From Octopus vulgaris (taxonomy: Eukaryota): a DNA stretch of 64,000 nucleotides. Numbering within the stretch: the stretch's first letter is position 1; every line of letters starts with the position of its first letter. Made by a program: the position numbers and the translations under genes. The stretch spans positions 74,586,001-74,650,000 of the forward strand of contig OX597827.1 in assembly GCA_951406725.2 (NCBI GenBank). The letters run 5' to 3'. The notes under the pieces were generated by a model. That model searched no databases, was not told the origin of the DNA, and saw nothing but the letters and a program-made list of their open reading frames with translations. Positions 1 to 13,954 of this stretch are shown in pieces.

Positions 1-860
1 TGCAGTGCCTAGTAGTGCAATTTTCTGTATGTTATATGTGTTTGTAAGTCCTGGTGTTTTTGTTATGTATTTGTCTGAATATTTTTTTATCATGCCTAAT
101 GCACCTACTATGATAGGAAATGTTTCTGTTTTCAGGTTCCACATTCTAGTTATCTCTATTTCCAGGTCTTTGTATTTTGAGAGTTTCTCCATTTCTTTTA
201 GAGACACGTTGTCATCTGCCGGTATTGATACATCAATTAGAAAGCATTTTTTTCTTCATGATCTCTGACAACTATATCTGGTCTGTTGGCCTTAATTTCT
301 CTATCTGTGTGTATCGGCATATCCCAGAGTATGGTTGCTTTCTCGTTTTCTGTGACCTTTTCTGGTGTGTGCCTATACCATCTTTTTTCTGTTGTTATTC
401 CATAATGTTGGCATAGCTTCCAATGTATGTAGGTTCCAACGCTGTCATGTCTGTGAATATATTCCTTCTTAGCCAGGACAGGGCAGCTAGAGATAATATG
501 ATTTATTGTTTCTTGTCCATCTCCACATATTCTGCAGTTACTTGTAATATTTCTTTTCATTACATGTTTTTGGTAATTTCTGGTGGGGAGGCTTTGGTCT
601 TGTGCTGCAATTAAAAATCCCTCTGTTTCTGCTTTGAGTCCTGAGCTTCTCAACCATTGCTGGGATTTTTCTTTGTCTATTTCTTTTGCGTTTAGTTTAG
701 TGCAGTATTTACCATCAAGGGGCTTTTCTTGCCATCGTTTTATCATGGCTCGTTGCTGTTCTATTTTTAGTTTGGATTTCATTTGTTTTATAGCTTTTGT
801 TGTTTCTCATCATCTTCTTCTTCTTCTTTGTGTTTATTAGGTGGTATGATTTCTTGTTTG
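1..860 (-). mobile_element. R4/Dong-like RLE non-LTR retrotransposon, 5'-truncated 3' part (runs off window start)
   Basis: ORF 237..782(-) has the zinc-finger motif CRIC..ETINHIISSC, then RHD and KANRPDIVV (RLE PD motif). It continues after a frameshift toward base 1 and abuts (ATT)n at about 861. Confidence 0.85.
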
Positions 861-1010
861 TATTATTATTATTATTATTCAGTAGTTTTATTTTTATAGC
901 GTGCTTTCACTTCACTACCGAGCGCAGCTCTGTGTGCCTTGGGTATGTGCTGTGATTTATTGTGATGCTCTGATGGTTATTGTATGGAAAGTGTTCTGCG
1001 TAGGATGTAA

Positions 1011-1104
<94 letters not shown>

Positions 1105-1124
1105 ATTAAAAATAATAATAATAA
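1011..1124. repeat. (TAT)n/(TAA)n microsatellite
   Basis: Direct inspection. Confidence 0.95.
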
Positions 1125-1437
1125 TATATACAATAATTTTACAGTTAAATGTATGCTATGTTACAGAATTTTCGCATTCATTAAACTCTTAGGTAATCAT
1201 AACATACTGTATGCTATGATTACAGGTACCTATAAATGCATTGTCACTTGTCTTTTACTGCCCAACTTTGGCATGTAACTTACTGCGATCAAATCCATCC
1301 CATCTAGTACCTTTCAGTCACCCGCTAGTACTCGCTCGTGTCTGTGACTAGAATTTTATGAGAAAATCCTTAAAAGCCAAATAATTTCTTTCAATTTTTA
1401 TTCATATTTTATTCACAATATTTTTTTGATATTGCAG

Positions 1438-1589
1438 TCGAGGATCGAAGAATTTGAGATCAATCATTTCCAAGTCACCATATGGGCGGACGGAAATTAT
1501 CCATCATCTGCAGAGATTTTAAAACTAAGTGATATTCTCAGCGCTCATCAAAATGAGCAGTTCAATAAAAAAATTGCTGTGCATTGTCG
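1438..1589 (+). CDS. Coding exon of a protein tyrosine phosphatase domain (WPD-loop to VHC), receptor-PTP-like gene
   Basis: Acceptor ttgcag|, donor |gtaagt, 152 nt, phase 0 to 2. Translates SRIEEFEINHFQVTIWADGNYPSSAEILKLSDILSAHQNEQFNKKIAVHC(R), matching the PTP HFQ..WPD..P...VHC pattern. The phase-2 intron after VHC is a conserved PTP intron position. Confidence 0.85.
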
Positions 1590-1849
1590 GTAAGTGAAAA
1601 TATTGATAAATTCACAAATTCCCGCTACATCCGTTGTGATCCCATTCGAAAACAATTTCTCTTTTTAACTAAGTCTTCTATGTTTTTAAATAAGTTTCCC
1701 TCTGACCCCGTTTTCTTTATTGCTATCACTTTACTAAACCTTATCGATCGTTATTTAATCACTTTTTGGGATGGCGAATCCCCACCTGTTATTGACGATT
1801 GCCCTAGCGAACATCTGCGTAACTAATAAACTAATGCAGTTTGTGTGAA

Positions 1850-2300
1850 ATCGAGTGTCGGAAAGAAACGTCCAGCTTCCAGTAACCGCATCCCTGCCTC
1901 CAAAGCCTATCTTTGTCGACCGTACAGATTACAGAGTTGTGGATTTCGCAGCCAACAATTTTAAATTGAAGATAAATTATGCTTTATCTGCTGGCCTAGA
2001 GAACGCTCTATCTAAATACGATCTGAATGATCCAACGCTGTTTGTCCATGTCTACAATGGTGGATCCAGAAAATCCATGAAGTATTTTTCAGACCGTTGG
2101 AAATATCGAGCAGATTGTGAAGCTTTTTCACCCTGCCCATATCAGCTTGTCTCACAAATCAAAACGTACATTCAAGATGATGATACAGTAGCTTTCTAAT
2201 ACTAAAGAATGCTACGGTTCCAAGGAAACCTCCTGACACTTGAAGAATTCTGGTTATCCATCACTGCAGGAGCATAAACAACTACTTGTCTGAAGCCCCC
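1850..2300 (+). mobile_element. Possible decayed hAT (Buster/Charlie-like) transposase C-terminal remnant
   Basis: ORF 1855..2199 is followed by broken LEEFWLSI...TTYL(S)E at about 2239-2296, resembling the hAT dimerisation region. Heavily degraded. Confidence 0.35.
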
Positions 2301-3017
2301 TCCCCAGAATCACCAACGTACTTTCTAGGTCAATTAAAAGGGTAGTTATAGTGAGATCTAGACACTTCCGAAACTCCAAAACACTACGCCTCCCAATCAC
2401 GTTAGACTTTGGGATTTGCACACCTTATATGAATTGAAAATGTGCATAAAATCTTAAGGCTTGAAAATTCTGGTTTCGCTGATGGATTTTGCATCTATAT
2501 CTAGTGACCTTAAGTCATGTATATTTTTACTGCCTAATCTGGATGGCTGCATGGGTTCCACGAGAATTTCTCTCCCTGATGTCCATTACTTCTTTGCGGT
2601 ATGTGCTTTTAAAGATATCGTGTGTATTTTGTGATATTTGAGTAATATTTTGTGTAATAGCTTTTATGTATAAATGTAATGTAGTTATTGTGTGTGATAC
2701 TTCTATGATGACATATGTTTCCTTCTAGTTGAGTGCCAGAGTCTTTCAAAACCACACACTTCACTGCCCACCAGAATTTTAGCTTTTGTAGCATGTTCCA
2801 GGCTAACACTTGAGTCCCTCTTCATCCCACGCAAATCAGTATCAATGCAAAATCATGTAGATTACACGGCGAGTCAGTAAGTACAGAGAGGCGAGACTGG
2901 GAGTCATTGATGGGCCGAACGAGCGAAGTTAAACTATTTTGATAGGTGGTCATTTACTTTAGCCACCGAACAGATGTCGTTGTATATAGCAGATATTCAG
3001 CCTCTGAAAACAGGACT

Positions 3018-3221
<204 letters not shown>

Positions 3222-4732
3222 AAACAGACCTATAAATACCTAGGAATAAAAGGAGGCTCTGGTATCCAGCATGCAAACATGAAAGAGAAAGTTAGGAAGG
3301 AATGTTATAGAAGAGTTCGAGCAGTCCTGAAGTCTGAGCTAAATGCATATAATAAGGTATTAGCCATAAATTCCTTAGGAGTCCCAGTTGTTCTTTATAG
3401 TTTCAATGTGCTTAACTGGAATACCAGTGAAATAATGAAAGTTGATAGAAAAATCTGCAATCCACTGACTTGTAATAACATGTGCCATCCAAAGGCAGAT
3501 GTTGATCGTTTTTACCTTCCCAGAGCTCAGGGAGGTCGAGGCCTGATCCAGCTTGAACTTACGTGCAAAACCACCACAATCGGACTGGCCAAATACCTTG
3601 AAACAGCCAAATATTGGATGCTAAAATTTGTTGAAAAACATGAAAGACCGAAAAAACTTCACTCTATTCTGAAAGAGAGCGAAACATTCGCTACTGATCT
3701 CTTAGATACATACCAGATTGATCAAGTTGAAGGAAATGCGCCAACTGCTGCTGCAAAGAAAATAAAATTGATTGCAAAGCACATGAAAAATTAGCTAGCA
3801 TATGGGAACAGAAACCTCTGCATGGCAAGTATGTCGCCCGTAGCAAACAAGCCGATGTCGACCAGAAGCATACGCATCAATGGTTATGAAGCTCAGGACT
3901 AAAAGTAGAGTGTGAAGGTTTTATATTAGCTGCTCAAGACCAAAGCTTATTAACCCGGAACTACCAAGCCAATATGATAAAAAATGGAGCTGACCCAAAA
4001 TGGCGATTCGGTAACGATGAGATTGAAACAATAGACCACCTAATCTCAGGGTGTAGAGTCTTAGAACCTGAAGAATATAAAGCAAGACATGACAGAGTCG
4101 GCCAGTATTTACATTGGACAATATGTCGGTATTATAAAATCAAAACCGCTGACAAATGGTATAAACACCATCCTGAAGCTGTGACTGAGGGAGAAAATGT
4201 GTCGATTCTATGGGACTTCTCCGTATAGACAGACAAGACTATAAAAGCTAATAAACCGGATATTATTATAAAAGATCAGACAAAAAAGATGTGTTTATTA
4301 ATTGACATGAGTATCCCTTGCGATCACAATATAGCGGCGAAAGAATTTCACAAGATTAGTAAATATAAAGACCTGCTAATAGAAATTGAAAAAATGTGGC
4401 ATCTCAAGGCGACTACAGTACCAGTGATTGTAGGATCTCTAGGAATGATAAAAAAAGATACTGAAACCTATTTGAAAATGATTCCAGGCTTACCATCCCT
4501 ACAGGAAGGGCAAAAAATCGTGTTAACTGAAACGGCTCATGTACTGAGAAGAGCATTATCGCTGTGAAAACAACATCCATTCCTGAATTCATTTGTTTAT
4601 TAATTTTTAAAAATATATATTTTACCTGTGAATTTACGATGTAATCTGGGAATGCATACAATGAGCTTCTCTGCCCTAGGTATACGGAAAACAACCGGCT
4701 AGGAATGGAAGAAAATTTGAAGAAAGAAGGAA
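3222..4732 (+). mobile_element. R4/Dong-like RLE LINE, 5'-truncated, disrupted by stops and frameshifts
   Basis: RT thumb region (YKYLGI...LYLPRAQGGRGL), zinc finger ETIDHLISGC, RHD, KPDIII, LIDMSIP. 3' UTR runs into (TAA)n 4733-4800; TAA repeats on both sides. Confidence 0.9.
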
Positions 4733-4800
<68 letters not shown>

Positions 4801-4801
<1 letters not shown>

Positions 4802-5715
4802 GAAAAAGCGCACGGCTGATAGGTGGGAGGCGAAACCTCTGCACGGCAAATATGTGGCCCGTAGCAAACAAGCTGATGTTGACCAGAAGCAAACCCATCA
4901 GTGGCTACGGAGCTCAGGGCTAAAAGCAGAGAGCGAAGGTTTCATCCTGGCTGCTCAAGATCAAAGCCTATTAACCCGGAACTACCGGGGACCAGTGTGA
5001 TGAAAAATGGAGCAGACCCAAAATGCCGATTCTGCAACGACATGATTGAAACGGTGGACCACCTAATCTCTGGATGTAAAGTCTTAGCACCAGTGGAGCA
5101 TAAATTAAGACATGACAGAGTTGGCCAATATCTACACTGGCTAATAAGTCGGCATTACAATATCAAAACTACCGACAAGTGGTATAATCACCACCCTGAA
5201 GCTGTAACTGAAGGAGAAAATGTAGCGATTCTGTGGGACTTCCCAGTACATACAGACCGAACCATCAAAGCCAATAAACCGGATATTGTTGTGAAAGACC
5301 AAAACAATAAAGTTTGCTTATTGATCGACATGAGCATTCCCTGTGATCATAATATCTCGGCGAAAGAGTTTGACAAGCTCAGAAAATATAAAGACCTGCT
5401 CATTGAAATTGAGAAAATGTGGCATCTCAAGGCGGTTACAATACCAGTGATCGTAGGAACACTAGGAATGATCAAGAAGGGAACCGAAAATTATATGAGA
5501 ATGATCCCTGGCTTACCATCCCTGCAAGAAGTGCAAAAGATTGTCTTAACTGGTACATCACACGTATTGAGTAGAGCATTGTCGATGTGAGAACTATTAC
5601 TACCCATGTATTTTAATTTAACTTTAAAAAAAATGAACGAACAACTGAGTTTAGTTTAATGGCCTACCAATGTATACTATGAGTTTCTTTGCCCTAGGAG
5701 TCGGGAAGACACTCA
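4801..5715 (+). mobile_element. Second R4/Dong-like RLE LINE copy (related subfamily), 5'-truncated
   Basis: CRFC..ETVDHLISGC, RHD, KANKPDIVV..LIDMSIP; 3' UTR similar to the preceding copy; starts directly after (TAA)n. Confidence 0.9.
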
Positions 5716-5784
5716 CCAATGTTAGAATGTATTATTAACATGTTTTTAAACGTAAAACAATTCTCATCCTTCTTTCATGTAAAG

Positions 5785-5920
5785 TAAAAATTTCCATAAA
5801 AGTGGTATGCTGTGCGTCATTCACATTTTGAAAGCTGCAATAACCAGTCAATCAGTAGTCAACATAGTACGGTTGGTTCGACTGGTCAAGAAAATAGAAC
5901 CAAATATAATACCTGACAGT
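5785..5920 (+). CDS. Coding exon of the PTP domain (signature loop to Q-loop)
   Basis: Acceptor aag|, donor |gtgagt, exactly 136 nt, phase 2 to 0, the typical size of this PTP exon. Translates (R)KNFHKSGMLCVIHILKAAITSQSVVNIVRLVRLVKKIEPNIIPDS, in frame with exon 1438-1589. Confidence 0.85.
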
Positions 5921-6607
5921 GTGAGTATAACAACATCTTTCTCTCGCTTTCGTTTATGTGTTTCAACCAAGTTTTTGCTAAATATCAGAAAGAGAAAAAT
6001 CTGTCGTTAAAATTTTTACTGTTATTTGAACACTTTTCTGAAAATAAGTTTCAAGTTTGGTGATCATTGATACACTAATGACTATTTGGATTAGTTATCT
6101 TACACCGGAAATGTACGAACAGTAGGTCGTATATATGTGAGTAAATTTGATTAGCAAACTCCAGAATCGAAAGAACTGAAACATTTCCCTTGCTACCCTA
6201 GAAATTTTTAAACGTGTTATTTTGGACATGTTGCGAGTTTGAATTTCATTGTTAGTGATAGGTAAATATTTCTCTCAATTTAGATAAACAAATTCAAAAG
6301 TACAGCAGGAGGCCACATCAATAAACTTTACATCTATTTATTAATATATCTTATAGGGAACACTCAGTAACCAGTGGCTGGCCATTGCGTTAAGGAATGT
6401 TATATGTTACTGTACAAAATCAGTAAATCACCATTATTTTAATCTCGATATTATGAGAGGAAATTAATAGGACTTTGTAATGATTCATGTCCGGGATCAC
6501 CAAAATTATAGTTCACAATTACTTTATTTAGAACAATGTTATCTATTTAGACATACACCTCTGATATGTTCCATATTTAAGAAGTTAGTATATCTTCATG
6601 TAATCAT

Positions 6608-6998
6608 TTCTACTAAAGGTACAAGGGCTGAAAGTTTGGGGGAAGGTACTAGTCGATTACATCTACTAGTGTGTTTCACTGGTACCTATTTTTATCGACG
6701 AAAGATGAAAGATGACTTGGCAGAATTTGAATTCAGAATGTTCACACGGACGAAATACCGCTAAGCGTTTCGCCCGATTTTGACAGCTTTCTACTTAAGA
6801 CACAAGGCCTGGAATTTGGGGAGGAAGTTAATAGATTACATTGACCCCAGTGCGTAACTGGTACTTAATTTATAGACCCCGAAAGGATGAAAGGCAAAGT
6901 CGACCTCGGCGGAATTTGAGCTAATAATGTTCACAGGGATGAAATAACGCTAAGCATTTCGCCCGGCGCGCTAACGATTCTGCCAGCTCGCCGCCTTA
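6608..6998 (-). mobile_element. Two tandem tRNA-derived SINE copies with a Deu/Nin-like central domain
   Basis: On the minus strand: head GGCGGCGAGCTGGCAGAATCGTTAGC (A box), B-box-like TCAAATTCC, core GAGGTCGACTTTGCCTTTCATCCTTTCGGGGTC. Many copies in the window. Confidence 0.8.
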
Positions 6999-7182
6999 GT
7001 ATATCTTCATATAATGAATACATCTGCGTAAATTAGTACCAAGAGCTTATTTCGAAAGTTATTTTTATTAGATATGGACGGAATTTATAATGCTAAGTAA
7101 AGGATACAGTAAAATAAAATAATTGTGTATTAAGTCATTTTAAATGATTTGATTGAATAACTCATATTTATTTCTTTGACAG

Positions 7183-7260
7183 GAATCCTACGCCTTCGTT
7201 TGGAAAGTTGCAGAATATTTACAGAACGAATCGTCTCTATACTCCAATTTTGTACAGTGA
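7183..7260 (+). CDS. Terminal coding exon of the PTP gene
   Basis: Acceptor tttctttgacag|, phase 0. Translates ESYAFVWKVAEYLQNESSLYSNFVQ*, matching the receptor-PTP C-terminal EQYxFxY...EYL...YxNF pattern. Confidence 0.85.
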   Translation, partial: ESYAFVWKVAEYLQNESSLYSNFVQ

Positions 7261-8099
7261 TGTGTAGGAGTGAATCATTTTAGAGATATCTCATAATAAG
7301 TTTTACATCTTATGAAATAAGAAATGATGTATGCAAAACAATTACTTGTTTGTTGGATAACGAAAACAAGAGCCTCGCGGGAATTCTTTGTTTCTCTCAA
7401 AGGAAAAGGAAAACCATTTCAAGAAGATAAGAATTCGTCTCTCAAAATTAAATTACATGCTACGGAGCGGGCTTCATCTTTGTTTACACATATAGGCCAA
7501 CTATGAGCATAATTTGGTAATAATACCTTATGCTGATTACAGCGGCCAAAATTAATTCGGAACACTTTTCCTTCCCGAAATGTCAATGTTAATTCGTCAG
7601 GAAGCCTTAGAAAGGATGCGCCAAATTTATGGTTTTCAACAAACGAAAATATGGCTCTCCTTGCCTATAAATAAATGGTTGAGGTTTTTCTTTCCTACAC
7701 AAGTCAATTAACTATGAAATGTTAATATTGATATCTTGGAATTATTACATCTTTTTTTTTGAGACTATGCCACAATTAGCGATAAATTAATTTTTATTGT
7801 CCCCAACTAAGATTAATCACTATTTTTTTCTATTGTGTGTATACAGCATTAAGTATATCGCCGGTTAACATAGTTATCTAAATTTATGCCATTTAATCTT
7901 TTGAGTCATTGCTCTTATTCACATTTTTCTTAATTATATATCTTACAGTATTTTACGTGCTGATTTATTACAATCAGTCTCCTTTGCCCCTCTCTCCATT
8001 TTCAATATTTTGTCTATATATTTCTCACTTTTTTATCGTTTCTTATATTAAATCAACCCACTTGATATCCTACATTTTAATATTATATAACATTTGACA

Positions 8100-8640
8100 T
8101 TCCTACAATTTCGAGAGGTAACGTTCAGCTACTTCGAAACAGCGACAATGTTTTAATACAAACCAATTCACGTAGCACAGTTATCCTCTCAATTGATACA
8201 CCACCGCTTCATTTACCATTTCTCCTGTCTCTATACATACAAGGTTGGTAGCTTCTTTCATATAATGTTGCTGTCATTTCAGTTAATAGTATTCTTCAGT
8301 TCAAAGATAACTGGAGTCTTCCTAATTCACATACTATGGTGCCATGGTTACTGAAATATCTCGCCTCTCATCTCAATAAGTATACAATTGTTGCCCTTTC
8401 TATCCATATACCCTCGATATCCATCGCATTTATACACAGTGTGTATCCTCGCCGATCAGAATTATATCCCATGCGTTCTTCACAAGTCATATACTGACGC
8501 TTTCCTCTCAGATCATACACTTCAAATGTTTCTGTCTTTAGTGTTAATGATCTCTCCATTCATCCATAACTCTTGCTTTCTCGATTCGTGGACATGCAGT
8601 TGGTGTCAATATCGTTGCTTAGATCAAGAAAATATTGATC
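8100..8640 (-). mobile_element. Highly decayed CR1/L2-group LINE 3' remnant
   Basis: Broken ORF 8368..8559(-) and downstream residues reminiscent of the LYTLERRR region. Confidence 0.35.
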
Positions 8641-9167
8641 AGTAATATTTTAATTTAGTCAACCACATTTTGCCTGGGGCTCAGCAAAAAAAAAACCTCC
8701 TGTAATATAAGTATAAATAATCTAGTCTGAGATCAACAGCAGATGCTTATATATAAATATATATATATGTATAAATCAATATAATCTTGTAATGTTTTGT
8801 GTAATCTGTATAAATGAAGCTATGATTATAAACTCTGGTCAGTCATGCGAATTAATAAATTCATCTATATCTATAAACGTTGATGTTTGTCATTTTATCC
8901 TAAACACGTCACTAAACACCAAAATTATCTCGAAATAATACATGGGCTAAAACAGGGATTACTCGAGAAAACAGATGGCGAAAAACTGATAATTTTAATG
9001 AAATGGTAAGCTCTACACTTCTCTCTTTTTCACTCTATATTTTTCTCTCTTTCGCATACAAACAACCCCATACCGCCCCTATAAACGCGAACGCACATTT
9101 TACCATTCCTCTCTCTCACGCAACATTGTACAGTCTGAATATCTTATTTTCAATTTCTTTTTTTGTA

Positions 9168-9775
9168 CAAGGCTAACAATTTAGGTGGGTGGGGTGATCA
9201 ATTACACCGATCTCAGTGCTCACTACTATTTATTTTATCAAATCCGAAACGAAGAAGTGCAAGGTCACCATCGGCTGAATTTGAACTCAAAATGTAGGGA
9301 GTGAAAAGTAATCCTGCTATACATTCTGTCACTGCTCTAAAAAACTGCTCGCTCGACGCTCCATTCACCACACTAATAATGGTTTCAAATTTTGGCACAA
9401 GGCCAGAAATTTAATTGGAAGGGCAAGTCTATTAAATATTTTATCGCCTCTGAAAGAATGAAAGGCATCGTTGACCTCGACAGAATTTGAACTCAAAGCG
9501 TAAAGACGGACGAAATCTGACGATTCTGCCAGATCCCCACCTTATTCACCACCCTAATAATATTTTCTACTAAAAACACAAGTCCTGAAACTTGGGGAGG
9601 GGGTCTAGTCGATTACATCGACCCCAATGTTTCACTGGCACTTAGTTTATCGACCCCGAAAGGATGAAAGACATAATCGTCTTCGGCGGAATTTCACTTC
9701 AGAACGTAGCGATGGATGAAACACCGATAAACATTTCGTCCAGACTGGTAACAATTCTACCAGCTCGCTGCCTTA
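9168..9775 (-). mobile_element. Cluster of three decayed tRNA-SINE copies (same family as 6608-6998)
   Basis: Repeated acaaggcc..gaaat, gaaaggatgaaag..gtcgacctcggcggaatttgaactc motifs. Confidence 0.75.
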
Positions 9776-10737
9776 TTCACCACACTAATATTGATCCCAC
9801 ATTCACAAGGCCTCGCTCACCATTCTAATAATCATTGACATCATATAAATATCACTAGTTACATTGTTATGCATACGACATGAGGAACGTGTCTATAAGA
9901 CCGAATTATTTTTACTGATGTTTATTTTAAGGACACCGCAATGATTAAAAAGAGAAGATAAAAGTTGTCCGGCAGCGATACGTGCAGCGAAACACTGCAA
10001 CGAATTCAACGTAATACTCTACCCTTTCTTCATCTGACAGCTCTTCACAACATAATTATTACAAATATTGACATTCATAAAAGAAACAATTCTTTCAAAG
10101 ATATTAATGGAATAGAATCGTCTTCCGTATTCTTTTATTTTATCACAATTGGTAGACGTGTACATTGAAGAAAGATATAATTATATATGTCATTGTTCAG
10201 TTGAAGTGCGTAGGTTCGAAACATAAAAGACTTTTTTTCATAATGAGATCAAGTTGTGTTTCCTCAGGTGATATTCAAGTGTTGTCTCCGTTAGTGTAAA
10301 ATCTTCGACTTCGAGGCCTTCCGATGCGCCCGTCTTACTTTGGATCTTGTAGTATTTATTAGATTTATGTTATTTAGTGGCAGGGTATGTTTTTTGGATT
10401 GCTATGAGTAGTTGTGGATGGCTGTTTTGGTATCGGCTGATCACTGACTTCAAAAATATCCGCTAATGATTTTTCCCGCTGAATGCCGTATATAATTGTT
10501 TTTAATTCAGGCAGGAGGTCAGTATTTTTTATGGTATTTAGTACATCGCACCTAGTACTGGACTGGCACACTAATTTTTCCACTCCGGAGGGAGGAAAGA
10601 CTAAGTTTACCGCTAGCGGAATTTGGTCTCAGAGTATGAACTCGGAAGAAAAGCTGCTTTCACAATATTGCCAGCGCGCCACGGTGATAATAATAATAAT
10701 AATAATAATTTTTTATAATATAAGTACAAGGCATTAA

Positions 10738-11340
10738 CGCGGCGATCAGGTAGAAACGTTTGCACGCCGGGCAAAATTCTTTGCGGTATTTCGTCTGCCG
10801 TTACGTTCTGAGTTCCGCCGAGGTCGACATTGCCTTTCATCCTTTCGGGGTCGATTATATAAGTACCAGTTACGCACTAGGGTCGATATAATCGACTTAA
10901 TCCGTTTGTCTGTCCTTGTTTGTGCCCTCTGTGTGTAGCCCTTTGTGGGTAATAAAGAAATAGGTATTTCGTCTGCCGCTACGTTCTGAGTTCCGCTGAG
11001 GTCGACATTGCCTTTCATCCTTTCGGGGTCAATTAAATAAGTACCAGTTACGCACTAGGGTCGATATAATCGACTTAATCCGTTTGTCTGTCTTTGTTTG
11101 TGCCCTCTATGTTTAGTTCCTTGTGGGCAATAGAGAAAGAAGAAACGTTAGCACGCCGGTCGAAATGCTTTGCGGTATCTTCTCTGTCTTTACGTTCTGA
11201 TTTCAAATTCCTCCGAGGTTGACTTTGCCTTTCATCCTTTCAGGGTCAATAAAGTAAGTAGCAGTTGCGTACAGGGATCGATCTAATCCACTGGATCCCT
11301 CCCCCTAAATTTAGGGCCTTGTACCTAGAGCAGAAAAGAA
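10738..11340 (+). mobile_element. tRNA-SINE copies with an internal tandem duplication (about 180 bp unit)
   Basis: 10785-10962 is nearly repeated at 10963-11138 (ggtatttcgtctgccg..gaggtcgacattgcctttcatcc..gtaccagttacgcactagggtc); a further copy at 11140-11340. Confidence 0.8.
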
Positions 11341-12206
11341 TAATTAGCATGCCGGGAAAATGTGCCTTTCATTTTTGTGGGGTGGGGTCTATAAGATAAG
11401 TATCGGCCAAGAACTGAGGGGTCGATATAATCAGCGTACCTCTCTCCCGAGATTGCTGGCCTTGTGTCAAAATTTGAAATCAATGAAGGTACAAGGTTTA
11501 AAATTTAGGGTAGGGAGCGAGTCGATTACATCGACCCAGACCTTCCATTGCCACATTATTTTATCCACTTTGGAAAGACCAAAAGCAAAATTGACGTATA
11601 CATGCGCGTGCGCCCTAACACACACACACACATACATTTGTAGATCCATACGCACACAAACTCAAAAGACGTGGGGGTCACGATTGGAACATCATTTACT
11701 GGAGATTTCCAAGTTCAAGGACCCAGCGATAATCTATATATGGTTTGGGTTTCTGTCACTAAATAAATCCGAAAGTCAGTCCAAGTCTATACACGGTAGG
11801 GGAGTGGCTATAATGCTCCTTAAGACGGTTCATTGGTCTGCACAATCAGGGCTTACCTGGCGAGTCAGAAAAGGAACTCTATGGTTACGCGACCTGTTGC
11901 ACTTGGAAGATAAATCTTTCTGAAAGCACACACTACTGTCGTTAATAGGCCACAGGATATATTAGATAATAATGTAGTACTGGGTGTAGTGTCTGAAATA
12001 AACGGTATTTGATCTTACAGGTATCTGCATAATCAGGGTTGATTTAGAGCTAAACAACTGTACTATCCCAAACTACCACTACTGCCATCACCACCACCAC
12101 CAACACTGCCATCCCCACTTCAACTGCTATCACATCCTATACCGTTTGGGTGTTAAGTACAACTATATAGTTAAAAGTTTTATGAGTTCTCGGGAATTCC
12201 GGTTTA

Positions 12207-13496
12207 CGAGGGACGTTCAATAAGTAATGCCTCTGACCCACTTGCAGTTGTTTGATCTAGCTGAAATGTTGCATGTGCAATCATATATATCTCTATAGAG
12301 TAAGTGGCAAACTACAGCTCTGAACTAATTGTGGTGTCTGATTTACACGTGTTTGAACCGAGTCAAGTGTGAAATGGAGCCTGTTGAGTGTCGAGCAGTG
12401 ATCCGGTTTTTGTATTTGAAAGGACGCACACCACGGGAGACTTTTGATGAAATGAAAGTAACTTATGGTGATGATGCCCCATCATATGATCTTGTAAAAC
12501 GCTGGCATCGTGAATTCAAACATGGTCGGAACTCTGTGGAAACAGCTCCCAGATCTGGTCGCCCTCCTGCCATTGATGAAGCATCTGTCCGTCAAGTTGA
12601 GGCTGCCATTTTGGAAGATCGACGCATAATTATTCGCCAAATAGCCCATGAAGTCAAGATTAGTACCGGGTCTGTGGAAACTATCATTCATGACCATTTG
12701 CATATGCAAAAGGTGTCTGCCAGATGGATTCCCAGGTTGCTCACACCTTTCCAGAAGCAAGAACGCGTCGAGTGCTCGAGGGTGAATTTGGAGATGTGCC
12801 AAGAAGATGAGTAAACATTTTTCAAAAGACTGATTACACAGGATGAAACCTGGGTCCATCACGATGATCCAGAGACCAAAGTCCAGTCAATGCAGTGGAA
12901 GCACCGTGACGCACCTCCTCCAAAGATGGCAAGGGTGCAGCCCTCCGCTGGCATGGTCATGCTCACAGTCTTCTGGGACCAGGACGGAGTAGTGATGACA
13001 GATTTCTTGGCAAAGGGTACCACAATTGCAGGAGCCTATTATGCTTCACTTTTGAGGAAATTAAGAGAAGTTATCAAAATCAAGAGGCGGGGCAAGATCA
13101 GCAAAGGCATCCTCCTCCTGCAGGACAACGCTCCGGTCCACAACTCGCTTGTCGCCAGATCAGAAGCACAGGTGTATGGCTATGAACTCCTCTCCCATTC
13201 CCCTACTTTCCTGACCTTGCACCCTCTGATTTTCACTTCTTCCCAGTCATGAAGTTGTTTTTGAAAGGAAAGCGTTTCCCAGATGATGCAGCCTTGATTT
13301 CTGAAGTCACGTTCAGGTTGGAGGACCTAGCTGGGGGTCTTCTACAAAAACGGTCTCCAGAGCTGCATCAAACAATGGGAGAAATGCGTAACTCTGGGTG
13401 GTTCCTATGTAGAAAAAGACTAATAACTGTGCCAAGTTTCGTTGCTCTACTGCTATGGGAAGTGGGTCAGGGGCATTACTTATTGAACGCCCCTTG
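12207..13496 (+). mobile_element. Mariner (DD34D) DNA transposon, full length, transposase inactivated
   Basis: TIRs cgagggacgttcaataagtaatgcctctgacccact / agtgggtcaggggcattacttattgaacgcccttg, TA on both sides. Motifs WIPRLL, TQDETW, QDNA and (frameshifted) PDLAPSDF give D34D spacing; stop at 12812. Confidence 0.95.
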
Positions 13497-13865
13497 TAAT
13501 CCTACATCGAGCAAGTGTCTCTTATCAGAGCGTCATGTTAGCCCGAGTGTACTCAGTGAAACGTTTATAGAAACACCCTCAGTGGGATCGCCTTGAATTG
13601 ACTGACTCCGTTTTTAAACGTTTCGATACAGCTGCCTCACGGCCGTCAAGTACCTTTAGTAGAATCTTCATTCGGTTCAGGCGTGCGGTTTAAAGATCGT
13701 TTAAAGTCTTTTCTCTCATCGGGGAGGAAAGGGAAAATGAGATTCGTGCGTTGTCCTTCCTGCATTCTGTACGAGCTATGACAAAAATAATTTTAAAAAA
13801 TATCCACCCTCAAAACATTGGTATCATTCACAAAATACTAGTTATTAACAATATTTATCTAGCTT

Positions 13866-13943
<78 letters not shown>

Positions 13944-13954
13944 GTATATATAAA

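Noticed and set aside
901-1278. Poly-Ile ORF (also poly-Met/Ile at 2946 and poly-Ser/Tyr/Arg at 29272-29652)
   Set aside because: Trinucleotide microsatellite artefacts.
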